This document shows, one piece after another, positions 13,575 through 27,045 of a stretch of DNA of 64,000 nucleotides (its first letter is position 1; each line of letters opens with the position of its first letter). The notes under the pieces are model-generated. The model was not told the origin of the DNA, made no database searches, and saw only the letters and a list, made by a program, of their open reading frames with translations. Origin of the DNA: Octopus bimaculoides (taxonomy: Eukaryota); NCBI RefSeq assembly GCF_001194135.2, contig NC_068983.1, positions 143,554,325 through 143,618,324 on the forward strand. The letters run 5' to 3'. The position numbers were made by a program, and so were the translations under genes.

Positions 13575-14888
13575 GAAAAAGCATTTGACAGGGTCCCCCA
13601 CTCCCTTATCTGGTGGCCATTGCAGAAATTAGGGATAGTGGAGTAGCTGGTGAGAGCTGTACAAGCTATGCACAGGGAGGCTGTCAGTAAGGTGAGGGTT
13701 GGCAATGGGTATAGTGAATTTAGTGTGCAAGTAGTCCATCAAGGACCAGTCCTCAGCCCCCTTGTTCTTCATAATGCTCTAGGCAATAACATAGAAATTT
13801 AAGTCAGGTTACCCTTGGGAGCTCCTTTATACTGATGAGCTTGTTCTTATATCTGAATCACCACCAGAAGTGGAGAAAAATTTTAGTAATAAAAGCAGGG
13901 TTTGGAATCAATGGGCCTCAGAGTTAATTTAGTGAAAACCAAAGTCTTAGTAAGTAGGAAAGCAGACAAATCACAAATCCCTTCAAGTAGATAGCTCTGC
14001 TCAATATGTAGAAAAAGTATAGGTAGACACTTTATAAGGTGTACCCAGTGTAAGCTATGGACGCATAAGAGCTGCAGCTATATCAGAGGAAGGTTAACAG
14101 GGAAAATAGTCTTTGTGTGTGGCAGATGCACAGGTACAATAAATACTAGAAATATACAGAAAATAGACTTCATTAAATGCCAGTGGGGGTACCTAGAAGT
14201 AATTGATAGCTTTCGTTATCCAGGTGATCAAGTCAGCAGTGGGGGTGGATGCTCCAAGAGTGTAGCTGTTGAATAAAAATACGGCTGAGCAAAGTTCAGA
14301 AAGCTTCTACTTTTGTTGGTAACAGAGGGCTTTTCCCGCAGAGAGAAAGGCAGATTGTATGATGCCTGTATGTGAACAGCCATGCTACATGGCAATGAAA
14401 CATGGGCTATGACTACAGAGGACATGCAAAGGCATGAAAGAAATGAATTTAGTATGCTCTGCTGGATGTGCATGTACAACAGAATGTAAGCATCTTGAGG
14501 GGAAAATTAGACAAGGTGATGAAGTATGATCTTCAAATGTGGGGTCTCATGGAAGTGATGACAAGTGATCATGTCCTTTGGCAATTTGCTGAGAAAACTC
14601 GTCAAGCCAAGTGAAATCAGAGTTGTGACTAATGCCAGTGACATGTAAAAGCACCCATGCTGGTGACATGTAAAAGCATCCTTGCTGGTGACACATAAAA
14701 GCACCCATGCTGGTAAAAGACACTCACTACACTCTCAGAGTAGTTGGTGTTAGGAAGGGTAGGCATCCAGTCTTAGAAACCAAACCAAAGTCTGACCAGA
14801 TTGTGGTGCAGCTCTCTGACTTGCCATTTTGAGTCAAACCGTCTAACCCATGCCAGCATAAAAAGTGGATATTAAATAATGATGATAT
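13575..14888 (+). mobile_element. Decayed RTE-type LINE of the same family with 3' UTR and (GAT)n tail
   Basis: KAFDRVP, HQGPVLSP, YTDE (decayed YADD), CTQCKLWTHKSC and RLYDACM motifs across broken frames. Confidence 0.85.
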
Positions 14889-16249
14889 ATATCATAAGAA
14901 ACAGGTATAATTGTGAAGTAAGGCATTGGAGTACCAGTTTATAAGCTCAAATCTGCAGCAGATGTTTTGATGTAGTTTTAGGTCACAATACTTTATTCTG
15001 AGCTCTACAGTTGAACCAATCATCTTGAAACATTATCAGCTCAATTTAACTTTAGTTTGTTTTAATACCAAGAAATATTTACCTCCTTTTCCATTCACCA
15101 ACAAACTTAACTTTCTGAGTTCCCAAATTATCTATTCTAATTTATCTTTCATAGTATCTGTGTGAGACTGGCAAAAAAAAAAGAAACCACAAAGAAAATA
15201 TAACAGTTTTTGACTTGATTTTAGTGATGTATAATACTAGTGGCAGCAGCAGTGAAGTAGAAGGATAGGAAAAATAAGAACTACAAAAAGCTTGCTACAC
15301 CATATAATTTTGTTCTTGAAAGCTACTAATTCGAAGCAATTATATAGAATCCATACATAATCATTATTTTTCAGTACTCTTATTTTGTTTATATATTGTT
15401 TAGAGTGTCATTCTCATTCAAAATTAAATATCATTAGAAAATTATAGTCTCTCAGTTCATATGATCATAAGATTGATTAATTATCACCCATATCATATTG
15501 TAATTGAGAAAAAAAAAACATATAACAATCCAGGTTCAGTGCATGGAATAATGAAATGTGATATTTAGTTGTACCAAGGAGCATATATCCTGTCACGCAA
15601 CTTGCTTCAAAAAGTTGCCAAATTTCTCTCAAATCATACCCCATTGTCTTTTTTAAAAAAAATTGATAAAAAAAAGTTGTGGTGATCATGACTAGAATGC
15701 CTTTGCTGATAGATCAGTTTGGTCAGAGTTGACAGGGGCCAAACAGCCAACGAGTGACAGAAGAATACTTTGGATAATTTTGTGTTAGATACCCTGACTA
15801 AAAGGCAATGGGTATGACAAATGGGTTGTCTTTCACCATAGGTCTGCTTGATCAAAACTGATCTTGAGCTACACAACAATACACTGAATCTTATATTATG
15901 TTTGGTAAAAATAAAAAAATAAGGATTGCCTTTGATCATAGTTCTTTCCAATCAAGACTGACATAGCGCTAAATAGCAACAGCATGAAAGTAACCAGAAG
16001 AAGTGGTTTTTATTTAATTACAGTCTTAGAAATAGCCTATGTTTTTATTATACTACTATTTGTTTGCCAACAAACATAGGACTGCTGTCTCACCCATTTG
16101 CCAGAAAGATAGGGATCTGATAGATTTGCCAGAAATGACAGGGATCTTGCATAAACAATATTGCCCCTGTCTTTGGTAATCCCACTGGTTTGATTTAGAC
16201 TGTTTCCATGAAGTCAACCACCAACATATCTCTGGCATAATTTTCAGGG

Positions 16250-17210
16250 CCTTAGACATCATTGCAGCAATAAATGAAATCAAGCCTTACTTTACAGTAG
16301 GCCCTAATAGATTCTCTGTTAGTGTCCTGAAGGAATGTAGACACCAGCATGCATCCCTTCTAATTAACTTCTAGAGAAAATCATTAGACTCAGGCATTTC
16401 TTATCCCAAGAAATAGATCTCTTGCAATTAACTATTGCCCAATCTCACTCTTCTCTCATTTCATCAAAGTACTTGAAAGGGTGGTGAGACCAAGAATAAT
16501 TGGCTTCCTGAAGAGTAACAATCTCCTAAATTCTAACCCACATGGCTTTTTATTGTGGCAGGGACTACCTAACACAGCTTTGCACCAATTTGATGACATC
16601 CTAAAAGCTTTAGAAGAAAGTTCAAAACTGATGGTTATATATATCTTGACTTCAGCAAAGCCTTTAACAAAGGTGACCACATCTTATTGTTAAAACTATC
16701 CAACATTGTAATCTTTGAAAAGCTGCTGTACAGGACTAAGTGTTTCCTGATGAGCAGAACCCAACATACTGTGATTGATGGTGCCCAGTCAAGCCAAAAC
16801 GAAAGTCACCAGTAGTGTTTCTGTAAAGATCTGTATTGGGCCCACTTGCCTTCTTAGTGTATACAATAGTTCAAATGTCATCAAGCACAGTAAAATGAAA
16901 ACACTGAAACTCTTTTCTCTCTAACATTACCAGGAGCACCACATCATTTTCACAATGTTGAGAATATATCACCAGTATTACCCAAATAACCTTAACAAGT
17001 ATCCAAGACTGGGATCCAATGCCATGCACCCTCTGAACAAATTAGGCTGACAACACAACCACTTTGCAACATAATTACCTTCCTTCAAACAGCTCTCCTC
17101 TATTAAAAGTTAATAAATCAAACCTCAGAAAGATCCCATAACCTTCAAGGGATCCACAACAGCCCACCTATACCTGGATAGATCTCTCAACAATAACTTC
17201 CTACTTGTAA
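16250..17210 (+). mobile_element. Decayed CR1-like LINE RT fragment
   Basis: NYCPISL..HFIKVLERVVR...NNLLNSNPHGF...QFDDILKALEE...IYLDFSKAF motifs across frameshifts (ORF 16481..16693). Confidence 0.75.
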
Positions 17211-17219
17211 GGGCTATGA

Positions 17220-17538
17220 CAGAGGTTCTCAAACTTTTTTTTGGGCCACTGCCCCACTCATGGCCACATAATACTCTCAGTGCTCCCACCCCTATTTTTA
17301 TGTATCAATAAATATTATATATTTTAATAATTTATATATACTATGAATCATTTGATATTTAATATAATATATAATTTGTATACAATACTATAATATTATG
17401 ATAAATTCATAGCATCCCCCAATCCACTGCCTTCCTCCCAGTGCCTCCTTTTTCTCTACTGCCCCCTTAAGCACCAGTGCCCACCCTGACGTATCAATAC
17501 CCACTGGGGGGCAGTAGTGCCCACTTTGAGAACCTATG
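17220..17538. mobile_element. hAT-type MITE
   Basis: TIR CAGAGGTTCTCAAAC / CTTTGAGAACCTATG (13/15) and 8-bp TSD GGCTATGA / GGATATGA (7/8). Confidence 0.8.
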
Positions 17539-17739
17539 GGATATGATGACACAAAACTTCACTTTAAAATGATTTAATAGATTCTTTCAGCGAGTGCTCT
17601 TAAGTTACACATGGCCTGGGCCAATTTTGACCAAGACATATCTGAGTTTTATACAATGCATGCATGCACGCACACATACACATGCACATACATATGAGAA
17701 CACGACCTTCATATTTGTTAGTAGCATTTGGAGCAGTAT

Positions 17740-18400
17740 GTACTATGAATACACTGGAAATGGATGCTCTTGAACGCCAGAGTGGCTCACTAAATGTAGT
17801 TGATAGCTTTTGTTACCTAGATGTAATTAGAAAGGGAGATTGCTGCTCTGAAAGTATAGTAGCCAGAATGAGAACAGGCTGGAGAAAGTTCAGCAAGCTA
17901 CTACAGCTGTTGGCATCAAAGATCTTTTACCGTAGAGTGAAGGGCAGACTGTATGATGCTTGTGTTAGAACTGCAATACTGCATGGTAGTGAGACATGGT
18001 CCTTGATCACAGAAGACTTGAGAGAAATGAACTGGGCATGCTTCTTGAATGTGCAATGTAAGTGTGAATAATTAACAGTATAAATGTACAGAGAGAAAAT
18101 CTGAAGATAAAGGGAATCAGATGTAGTATGCAAGAAAGAAGATTGTGCTGGTATTGATGTGTAATGCATATGGATGTAGATAGCTGTTTATAGAAGTGTT
18201 GATCTCTATATATGGCTGGAGCTTGTGGAAGAGAGAGCCCCAGGAAGACATGGGACAAAGTAGCGAAGGCTGATCATAGGATTCTAAACCTTACAGAGCA
18301 AATGACAAAGGACTGGGTTGTCTGGCAATATGAGGCTCCCAAGAAACCTGCTCACCTCTGAAAAATTGATTTTTGGAAGCAGTGTTGCATGTTTATGCAC
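17740..18400 (+). mobile_element. RTE-type LINE RT C-terminal fragment
   Basis: ORF 17664..18071 contains VVDSFCYL...RVKGRLYDACVRTAILHGSETW. Confidence 0.85.
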
Positions 18401-18825
18401 AAATGAGTACCTCACCCAATCTCCTTCAAACATCATCCCTCCCACCATCTCTTTCTTTGTATCCCCTTTCCCACTATTTTTCTTGCTACCTGGAACCATC
18501 TCACCTGTTAGCTAATCGTCATTCATTAATTATTGTTCTCCTCACCCACATGTTAGTGATTCATCAATTCTCCCCCACTAAACCTCCAAATCCTCTTCTC
18601 ACATGCACTACACTTGCCTTTCTCTCTCTCCCACTCATATGGCCTACACAACCGCATCCTCTTTCTCTCTCTCTCTCTCATCCTCACTGTAAACTATCTC
18701 CCTCCCTCTCCTAAAGGTGAGTAACATGTAGCTCTTCTACAAGAACATGCTTGCCCCTCCTTTCCTCCCATACTTCATACCCTTATCAATTCACTTAAAT
18801 GCCGGTTTATATATATATATATCAC

Positions 18826-19185
18826 ATGTGCCGTGTGGTAAGAAGTTTGGTTTCAGGTTCACTGCTACTGCATGGCACCTTGGGCAAATGTCTTATACTA
18901 TAGCCCCAGGCTGACCAAAACCTTGCGAGTGGATTTGGTAGATAGAAACTGAAAAAAACTTATTTTATATGTTTTGTTTGTGTGTGTGTCTTTGTGTTTG
19001 TCCCCACTACTAAACAACTGGTGGTTTGTTTACATCCCCATAATTTAGTGGTTTGGCAAAAAGAAACTGATAGAATAAATACCCAGCTTTGAAAAATAAG
19101 TACTAGGGTTGATTTGTTCAACTAAACCCTTGAAGGTGGTGTCCTAGCATGGCCATAGTCCACTGACTGAGACAAGTAAAAGATA
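18826..19185 (+). mobile_element. SINE family C copy
   Basis: Homologous to 58668-59058 throughout. Confidence 0.8.
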
Positions 19186-19779
19186 TATATATATGTTGAT
19201 TCACTAGAAGTGATAAATTACAGGACTCAGTACAAGTGTAGAGTAGTCTTTAATACATTATAACTGAAAAGCTCTGATTTCCAGTACTCAGAGAACTGGA
19301 AATTGAATCCTTTCAGTTGTGATATATGTAAAGACAGTGACAGAATTATGCACAATCATATTTAACATATTCATGTACATTCAAGTATGGAAAGGCTCTA
19401 TGCCACATGAACTCTTCTTATAGACATGGATATAAACACACTACTTGAATGATGTCACTGGACTGTAGGATGCATGTGTTTCTATTTCATTATGCTTCAT
19501 CAGCTACATATACCCAGCCATCATTCATGGCCACTTAGAACTTGTTCACTCTTATATTAGAAGAACAAATGGTACATTTGCTGACATACGAAAAGATTCG
19601 TGAAACTAGAATTAATCAATTAGTGAGACATATTATAGACCTGAATAAGCAGGACTGTCTGTGATCAAATGTATCCCATCCATAGCCATCCTGACAGTGT
19701 ATCTAGGACTACATTATCCAATGTAGGATATCTATTTGAGAGAAATTTGGTTGTTGTTTCTAGCAGATTGAGCCATATC

Positions 19780-19945
19780 ATGGCATTTACCCCACTAGGA
19801 CAATTAGCCCCCATAGGACAATTACCCCCACCACCAGTTAATTACTCCCCTCTCTAATATATTAAGAAGCTCTAAATCATCATCTGTTGTCCTCAGGGGT
19901 AATTGTTCTTGGAGGGGTTATTTGTCCATGGGAGGTAAATGTCTG
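19780..19945. repeat. Small foldback with three GGACAATTACCCC-like subrepeats per arm
   Basis: Motifs at about 19782, 19798 and 19817 are mirrored by GGGGTAATTGTTC-like motifs at about 19896, 19914 and 19931. Confidence 0.65.
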
Positions 19946-22053
19946 ACTTGATTGAGCAATCACTGAAAGGTTCCCTCATTGATTATATTGTGTTTTGTTG
20001 GTGCAAAATGCTGACTTTGAAGCCTCAAATAGGAAAAGCTTGTGCAATCAAGATTTATTACATCATCATCATTGGCAATATGAACTTGTGATTCTTGAGC
20101 TGAGAGATTCACACTTTATCCATTAGATTATTCATAATTATGTAATATTATGATGTAACTTAGTTCTTTAAAGAATCATAATTGCAGTGGTCCATGGGGT
20201 CATTTATGATTAGCTTCTGTTTCTTTAGTTGTTTAGTTTTGTATATGTCTATAATCAAAGACATCCCAGCCTGCCTTTTGTACATCTGTGACTATATTAT
20301 TCTATATGTTTATGTAGATCAGGCAACCAGCTATAAACTCCATCATTGGTTGAAATTTCTGTAGTATTTGGCAGATGAAAAGGAGCTGATGACTCCTGAA
20401 AAGGAACTGATAACTATTATTCCATACAAGTAAATGAATTGAAACAATGTAAAATAAAATTCCCTGTACATTGTAGAATATAATATCCTATTCAGAAATG
20501 TGAGACAAAGAAAGCATCCTCAGTGGCTTAGACACTTCCATTTCTTACTTTATCAACCTGGTCAATTTGCTTCTGTTTCTAATTGGATCTGGTTTTCTGT
20601 TATAATTCCATTGCATCCAGAAAATATTATAGGATTGTAAATCAACCCTAATACTTGATTATTACACTACTTATTTCACTGACCCTAGAAGCATGGTATG
20701 AGCCAATATGGGTCACAGCACAGGAGTGGGTATCCTTTTATTCAGAGAAGCTTAAAACTTGAAGTTTTTAAATTTTTTTTTAATCCAATAGAGTTCTTTT
20801 AATATTATTGAGCTCTCTTTTGATTTATTGGGCCCTTTTAGATTTAAAAAAGCCATTAAATTTAACTGAGTCCCTCTGAATCTATCAAAGCTTTTTTAAA
20901 TTTTGTGGCCTCTTCAAACTGTTTGGGATCCCTAGATTTAATGTGGCCCTCTGTATTATCTTACATTTTGAATTAGTAAAATTTTAAGGGACCCCAAAAC
21001 CTGTTTGCACAAAGGCCATACTAGGTTTAAATCCATCTCCACCTAGAAGGATAAAAGGCAAAGTAGATCTTGGTAGGATTCATAAATATCTGGAAAAAAA
21101 AAAAGGAAAAAAAAAACTAATAACTTGTGCAGTACTGATGTTTTATTAAACAAACAACCACAAGGAAAATATGGATAAAAGATCCAATTTAAACAAAAAT
21201 ATAAATTTTTCCCTTTAATGAGCTGGCTTTTCAAATATACTTTTTGTTAAAGTTTTGTGTAATTCATTGATGAGAAATCATGATGAATCTAAATTCAATT
21301 TAAAGAGGAGTTGAATAAGTGTATGCATTCAGATAATAATTATCTTAATAGAATAATTCTGTGTGCAAAATGACTTTTGTCCTGTGGACGTATCACAATT
21401 ATGTTGATATTGTTTGCGATAAGACAAGGAGGGTTGTTTTAAGTCAACAATATGAAAAAAAAAAAAATGCAAAAGAAAATTGATAAGTTAAATATCCAAA
21501 TGTCTAACATTAGTTGTCATAAGATTTTGATTTTCTGAACTATTAACCTTATTTTTACCGTGCATATTTATAATATTTATATCTACATTATGTTGCCATA
21601 GGATTGATCTCAGATTATCATCAAATATCTTATTCCTAGATATGAAAAATCTTTGAACCTAAATTAATGGTAGCAACCTATTTATCCATTAGTACAGTGG
21701 TAATTACTGTTCTCAGTTTAAAATAAATGAGACACCTGATGATAACTGAAGATCACACAAATGTAAACGAACTCTAGGTACATTGCAATTTTATATATAC
21801 ACAGACATGCAGAAAGTAAATAGACACCATTAATTTTCAAAATCTTTTATTTGATTTGCAAAGTGAACAATTGAAATGTAATCAATAGGTAGGACTACAT
21901 ACTTTAGTATTTAGTTGACATGCCCTTTGCAGTTTTTAATTCAGAAACTCTTTTTGGTATTGAACTGATGAGCTTTGTGATTGTCTCTTGTGGAATTTCT
22001 GCCCACTTTTCACGCAACAATCGAAACAATTCACTTTTAGATTTAAGTTTCAT

Positions 22054-22285
22054 ATTTCTTTATTGCCCACAAGGGGCTAAACATAGAGGGAACAAACATG
22101 GACAGACAAAGGCATTAAGTCGATTACATCGACTCCAGTGCATAACTGATACTCTATTTATTGACCCTGAAAGGATGAAAGGCAAAGTCGACCTCGGCGG
22201 AATTTGAACTCAGAACGTAACAGCAGACGAAATAACAGTGAGCATTTCGCCCAGTGTGCTAATGTTTCTGCCAGCTCGCCGCCTT
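22054..22285 (-). mobile_element. SINE family A, full-length copy
   Basis: Reverse complement of the 48156 copy over its whole length. It abuts the Tc1 remnant. Confidence 0.9.
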
Positions 22286-22845
22286 TAGATTTGGGTTTCT
22301 GTCGAGTTTTTCGTATAGCTCTATCTAGTATTCTCCAAAGATTTGATTTTCAATTGGGTTCATGTCAGGAGATTGGCTCGGCCAAGGAAGCTTTTTGATC
22401 TCATTTTCAGTCAGTCATTGTTGATTCCTTTTCGGTGTGTGGCATGGAGCCCCATCTTCCATGAATAAAATACTAATTTTTCGTTATGTTATCGTGTGAA
22501 TACATCGAAAGTAGTCCTTGCTTAAGTATTTCGATGTATTTTTCAGAATTTATGGCTCTAACGCATTTGATCAGCTCAGAACAGCTCCCCCAACCATTAC
22601 AGAGATACCACCATGTTTCACAGTTGGTTGGAGTCATTTCAAATCAAATTCTTGATTGGGAAGCCTCCAGACCCAAATAAATCTACTCTCTGAAAATAAT
22701 GCAAATCTGGATTCATCTGAGAAAATCACTCTATCTCAAAATGAACTAGATTTTTCTGACATCTCCTTAGCCTATTTCTTTCTTTCCATGATATTAATTG
22801 GTTGAAGGAGAAGTTTTCTTCTAGCTGCTCATCCATAATACCCAA
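22286..22845 (-). mobile_element. Tc1-like DDE transposase remnant
   Basis: DRVIFSDESRF...WVWRLP...PTVKHGGISVMV...FMEDG.PCHT...LPWPSQSPDMNPIEN across stops and frameshifts. Confidence 0.9.
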
Positions 22846-23018
22846 TACATATATATATATAATATACATATATACTGTACATATATATATAATATACTTA
22901 TATATATATAATGTTTTGTTCACATGCCACCGACACAAGTGCTGGTAACGATCATGCTCAAATGGTGTTTTTTACATGCCACCAGCACAGAAGCCAGACC
23001 GCTGCTCTGGCAGTGTAT

Positions 23019-23062
<44 letters not shown>

Positions 23063-23208
23063 TGTTGTGTCTGGGCCAAGTCATTCTCTTTTAGTGCCTT
23101 ATAATTTAACACACTCAACGGTAAAATTTCCACTCATTTACTTATTTATTTCTCTAAAATTTTCGTCACATCTTGCAACCTTTTCAATAGTTGTTGACTC
23201 CAGAAGAC

Positions 23209-23255
<47 letters not shown>

Positions 23256-23409
23256 CATTATCATCATTTAATGTCCGCTTTTCCATGCTTGCATGAATCA
23301 AATGGAATTTGTTGAGGCAAATTTTCTATAAACAAATGCTCTTCCTGTTGCCAAACCTCACCTGTTTATATAAATTTGTTATACATCCCATGTTTGAACA
23401 GATGGGCAA

Positions 23410-23720
23410 GCCTTCTCCTGCACTACCTGTCACCATTTGTTGCAAACTTTTGCCATCTCCTTTGTGGGTTCAGCATCTTCAGAATTTTATTCATCCCTTT
23501 GTCCTTTTTTTCCCTAGGTCGCTTGGTTTGGAAGCACTTGGCACTTCTTTTATGAAAGTTGTCATCCACCGTACTGCATTACATGCCTGCATCAGCCTAT
23601 AATCTGGCACGCTCCATCTGATTTCTCTTATATTAGTTATTGATTGAATGAATATGTTTGGATAATTTTAGTTTTGATGAGAGACGAGGTTACTGTTGGG
23701 ATTTTGCCAGACTATTTGAT
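23410..23720 (-). mobile_element. Very decayed RTE-like LINE C-terminal remnant (different family)
   Basis: IREIRWS...RW...KRPRE...MNKILK...WQKFATNGDR pattern across frames. Confidence 0.35.
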
Positions 23721-24650
23721 AGGTAACTATGACCAGGTGGTTAAAGTGATGATATGATTGTGTTGTTGTTTAGCTCCAAGCCAGCCATGATTGAGCAGGT
23801 CTATGATCAAAGTGTTCCAGCCATGACCATCACATCTTTTTTTAATGAAGAGAAATTTGACTGGCATTTCTAACAGGTTAAGTGATTGTGTAAAGGCTCT
23901 ATCACTGGCTTCTATGAGTGTGTGTATGTGTGTGTGTGTGTGTGTGCGTGTGTGCGCATGCATGTGTGTGTTCGTAGGTGTGTGCGTGTGTGTTCGTATG
24001 TGTGTGTGTGTGTGTGTGATGTACAAGAGAGAATGTGTTTATATGCTCCGTATAATACTGCAATAAATAATCAATTACTTTACTTTCTATGATCAAAGGT
24101 ATATATATATCAATGTTTGATCAGCCCTATTGATTTCAGAGAATGAGAGAGGGCAATGGTATTTCTGATGACCATGCCATTCTCAAGAACATTAGCAAGC
24201 AAGATAGTAGTGTCTGAGAATTGGATCTGAGAGTTTGCCACCTATGATACAGGATTCGCCTATGTGTGTGTAGGTACAAGGGTCTGTATGTGTACAATTA
24301 CATAGACATTAATTCTGTTTATAGGTCATAACGTAGATTTTTATCTTTCATCTGTACAAACTGTGATAGTTGTTGTGATTTACACATTGCATACTTCAGT
24401 CATAGCAAAAGCTGTTTTTAATAATTATATCCATCAGAATAAGTCTATAGTCCTACAAGCATACTTTCAAGTTCATTTTCATTTCATGGGTTGAGGATTC
24501 AATATTAATGTACAGTACCTTGTGTGAGTGTTTCTTACCAAGATCTTAGGTCAACCAGAGCCTTGTAGTTGAAATTTGCTAAGGAGAAGTGAGGATGGGG
24601 TGACATTCCTGTTCTTGAATAGTAAAGTTAATCTGTCATCCAGTTTCACG

Positions 24651-24893
24651 CAGGTGGCATGTAAAACACACCATTTCGAGCGTGGCTGTTGCCAGTACCC
24701 GCCTGACTGGCCCTCGTGCCGGTGGCACATAAAAGCACCCACTACACTCTTGGAGTGGTTGGCGTTAGGAAGGGCATCCAGCTGTAGAAATTCTGCCAAA
24801 TCAGATTGGGGCCTGGTGTCGCCTCTTGATCCACCAATCCTCAGTCAAATCGTCCAACCCATGCTAGCATGGAAAGCGGACGTTAAACGACGA
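24651..24893 (+). mobile_element. Solo RTE 3'-UTR fragment
   Basis: Same motifs as 61280-61538. Confidence 0.85.
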
Positions 24894-25362
24894 ACGACCT
24901 GCCCTTGGGTGTCTTTAAAACATTCAGTCAGATCCCTATTCAACTTTTTCCCTTCGTCCCATCAGTTTCAGAGGTCTTGTAGAGTATCATGTGTACTGCA
25001 CTTCCACTCGTAACTAAATCATTAAAGAAAATGTATCTTATAATATAGATCACATATTCAGCTATTTCCTTAACACTAAGTATATTTAATAATTCAAAAA
25101 GGCCATTTACAATGAAAAACTATAAATAAGTTAATGTTAACATATTTAACGTATGGAGCATTGAAAAGCGAACCAGAAATGAATGTGGTGAGAAAAAATT
25201 ATGTGCTAATAACTTTACTGATGATGAAATCAATATAGAACCAACAGACTTTTCTGGATTTGCCAGGAAAAATGAAAATGATATTAGTCATTGACTAATA
25301 TCATTATTTTTTCACACGGTATTTGTTTGTAGTTAAACCATGCTTTAGCATTAACTACCTTT

Positions 25363-25401
<39 letters not shown>

Positions 25402-25599
25402 TAGATATAGATAGAAAGATAGATATATATACACATACATACATACATACATACATACATAAAAGATAACCCCTGAGGACAAAGAAATAAAAAAAAAAAC
25501 CACAGTATTGTAGAACCCATGGCCACTCATAATGAAAAGGAGTACTGGTGGAATATTCCAGTGAAGACCTCAAAAAAATATAAGCACAAGTGCCAGTAA

Positions 25600-27045
25600 G
25601 GTGAAGCTGGTAATGATCACGCTCAAATGGTGCTTTTTACATGCCACTGGCACGGAAGCCAGACAGCTGCTCTGGCAATGATCACACTCGGACAGTGCTC
25701 TTAGCGCTCCACTGGTACAGGTGCCATCACGATTTCGATTTCACTTGCCCCAACAAGTCTTCGCAAGCCGAGTTTAGTGTCCAATGAAGGAGGGGTTGGC
25801 ATGGGTGCCAGTCGTAGAATTTGGTTCAATTTCAATTTTACTTGCCTCAACAGGTTTTCGCAAGCAGAGTTTAGTGTCCAGTGAAGGAAAGATACGCATA
25901 AGTGGGTTGGCTACACCCTTGGCAGAGGCCTCAGATTATGGTCTCACTTGGCTTGCCGGGTCTTCTCATGCACAGTATATTTCCAAAAGTCTCGGTCATG
26001 AGACATTGCCTCGGTGAGGCCTAATGTTCAAAGGTCGTGCTTCACCACCTCATCCCAGATCTTCCTGGGTCTACATCTTCCACAGGTTCCCTCAATCGCT
26101 AGGGTGTGGCACTTTTTCACACATGTATCCTCATCCATTCTCGCCACATGACCATGCCAGCGCACTCGTCTCTCTTGCACACCACAACTGATGCTTCTTA
26201 GGTTCAACTTTTCTCTCAAGATACTTACACTCTGTCGACTATGCACACTGACATTATACATCCATCGAAGCATACTGGCTTCATTCCTTGGGAGCTTACG
26301 CATGTCCTCAGCAATCACGGCCCATGTTTCACTGCCATTTAGCATGGCTGTTCGTACACATGCATCATACAGTCTACCTTTTACTCTGAGCAAGAGGTAA
26401 GAGCTCTCTGAACTTTTGCCCAGGCTATTCTTATTCTAGCAGCTACACTTTCAGTGCACCCTCCCCTGCTACTAACTTGGTGACCTAGATAGCGGAAGCT
26501 ATCAACTACGTCTAGTTTTTCTCCCTGGAATGTGGCAGAAGTTGTTTTCTGCACATTTTCAGTGTTAATTGCTCCTGAACATCTGTCACATACAAAAACT
26601 AACTTCATAGATAGCCTTCCTTTAATATTGCTGCACCTCTTATGTGTCCATAGCTTACACTGGGTACATTTTATAGAGTTTCTACCTACGCCTTTTCTAC
26701 AGATCAAGCAGGGCCATCTACCTGAAAGGGTTTGTGTTTTGTCTACCTTCCTACTTATTAGGACTTTGGTTTTAGCTAGGTTGACTCTAAGGCCCTTCGA
26801 TTCTAGTCCTTGCCTCTACACCCGAAACTTCTCCTCTAGTTCTGATAGTGACTCAGCAATTAGTGCAAAGTCATCAGCATAGAGGAGCTCCCAGGAGCAT
26901 CCTGTCTTGAATTCTTGTGTTATTACCTGGAGGACTATGATAAATAGGAGGGGGTGAGGACTGAACCTTGGTGGATCCCTACTTCTACCCGGAATTCTTC
27001 ACTGTACTCATTGCCAACTCTCACCTTACTGACAGTGTCTTTATT
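25600..27045 (-). mobile_element. 5'-truncated RTE-type LINE (RT 3' half plus 3' UTR), best-preserved copy
   Basis: Translation gives GIHQGSVL..., WELLYADD (26870-26881), a C4HC3 finger, FRYLG and RVKGRLYDACVRTAMLNGSETW...RWHGHVARM. It carries stops and frameshifts. Confidence 0.9.

Noticed and set aside
14632-14715. Short direct repeats resembling a CRISPR array
   Set aside because: There are no unique spacers, the context is eukaryotic, and the repeats are part of the LINE 3' UTR minisatellite.
21730-21770. CTGATGA and CTGAAGA boxes near GACAC
   Set aside because: No intact GAAA core, helix II or helix I partner; too degenerate to call.
22499-22540. Perfect 12-bp hairpin AATACATCGAAA/TTTCGATGTATT
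   Set aside because: It lies inside the Tc1 transposase coding remnant (EKYIEILKQGLLSMYS), so it is probably incidental.
23409-23720. Initial reading as a Penelope GIY-YIG endonuclease (LSKHIH...IRWS)
   Set aside because: The downstream KRPR...W pattern fits an RTE RT C-terminus better, and no GIY/YIG motifs were found.
23727-24096. ORFs rich in HT/CV/IY/SL dipeptides (here and at 26, 3799, 39217, 40984, 43393, 44237, 57540 and others)
   Set aside because: They are translations of dinucleotide microsatellites or N gaps.
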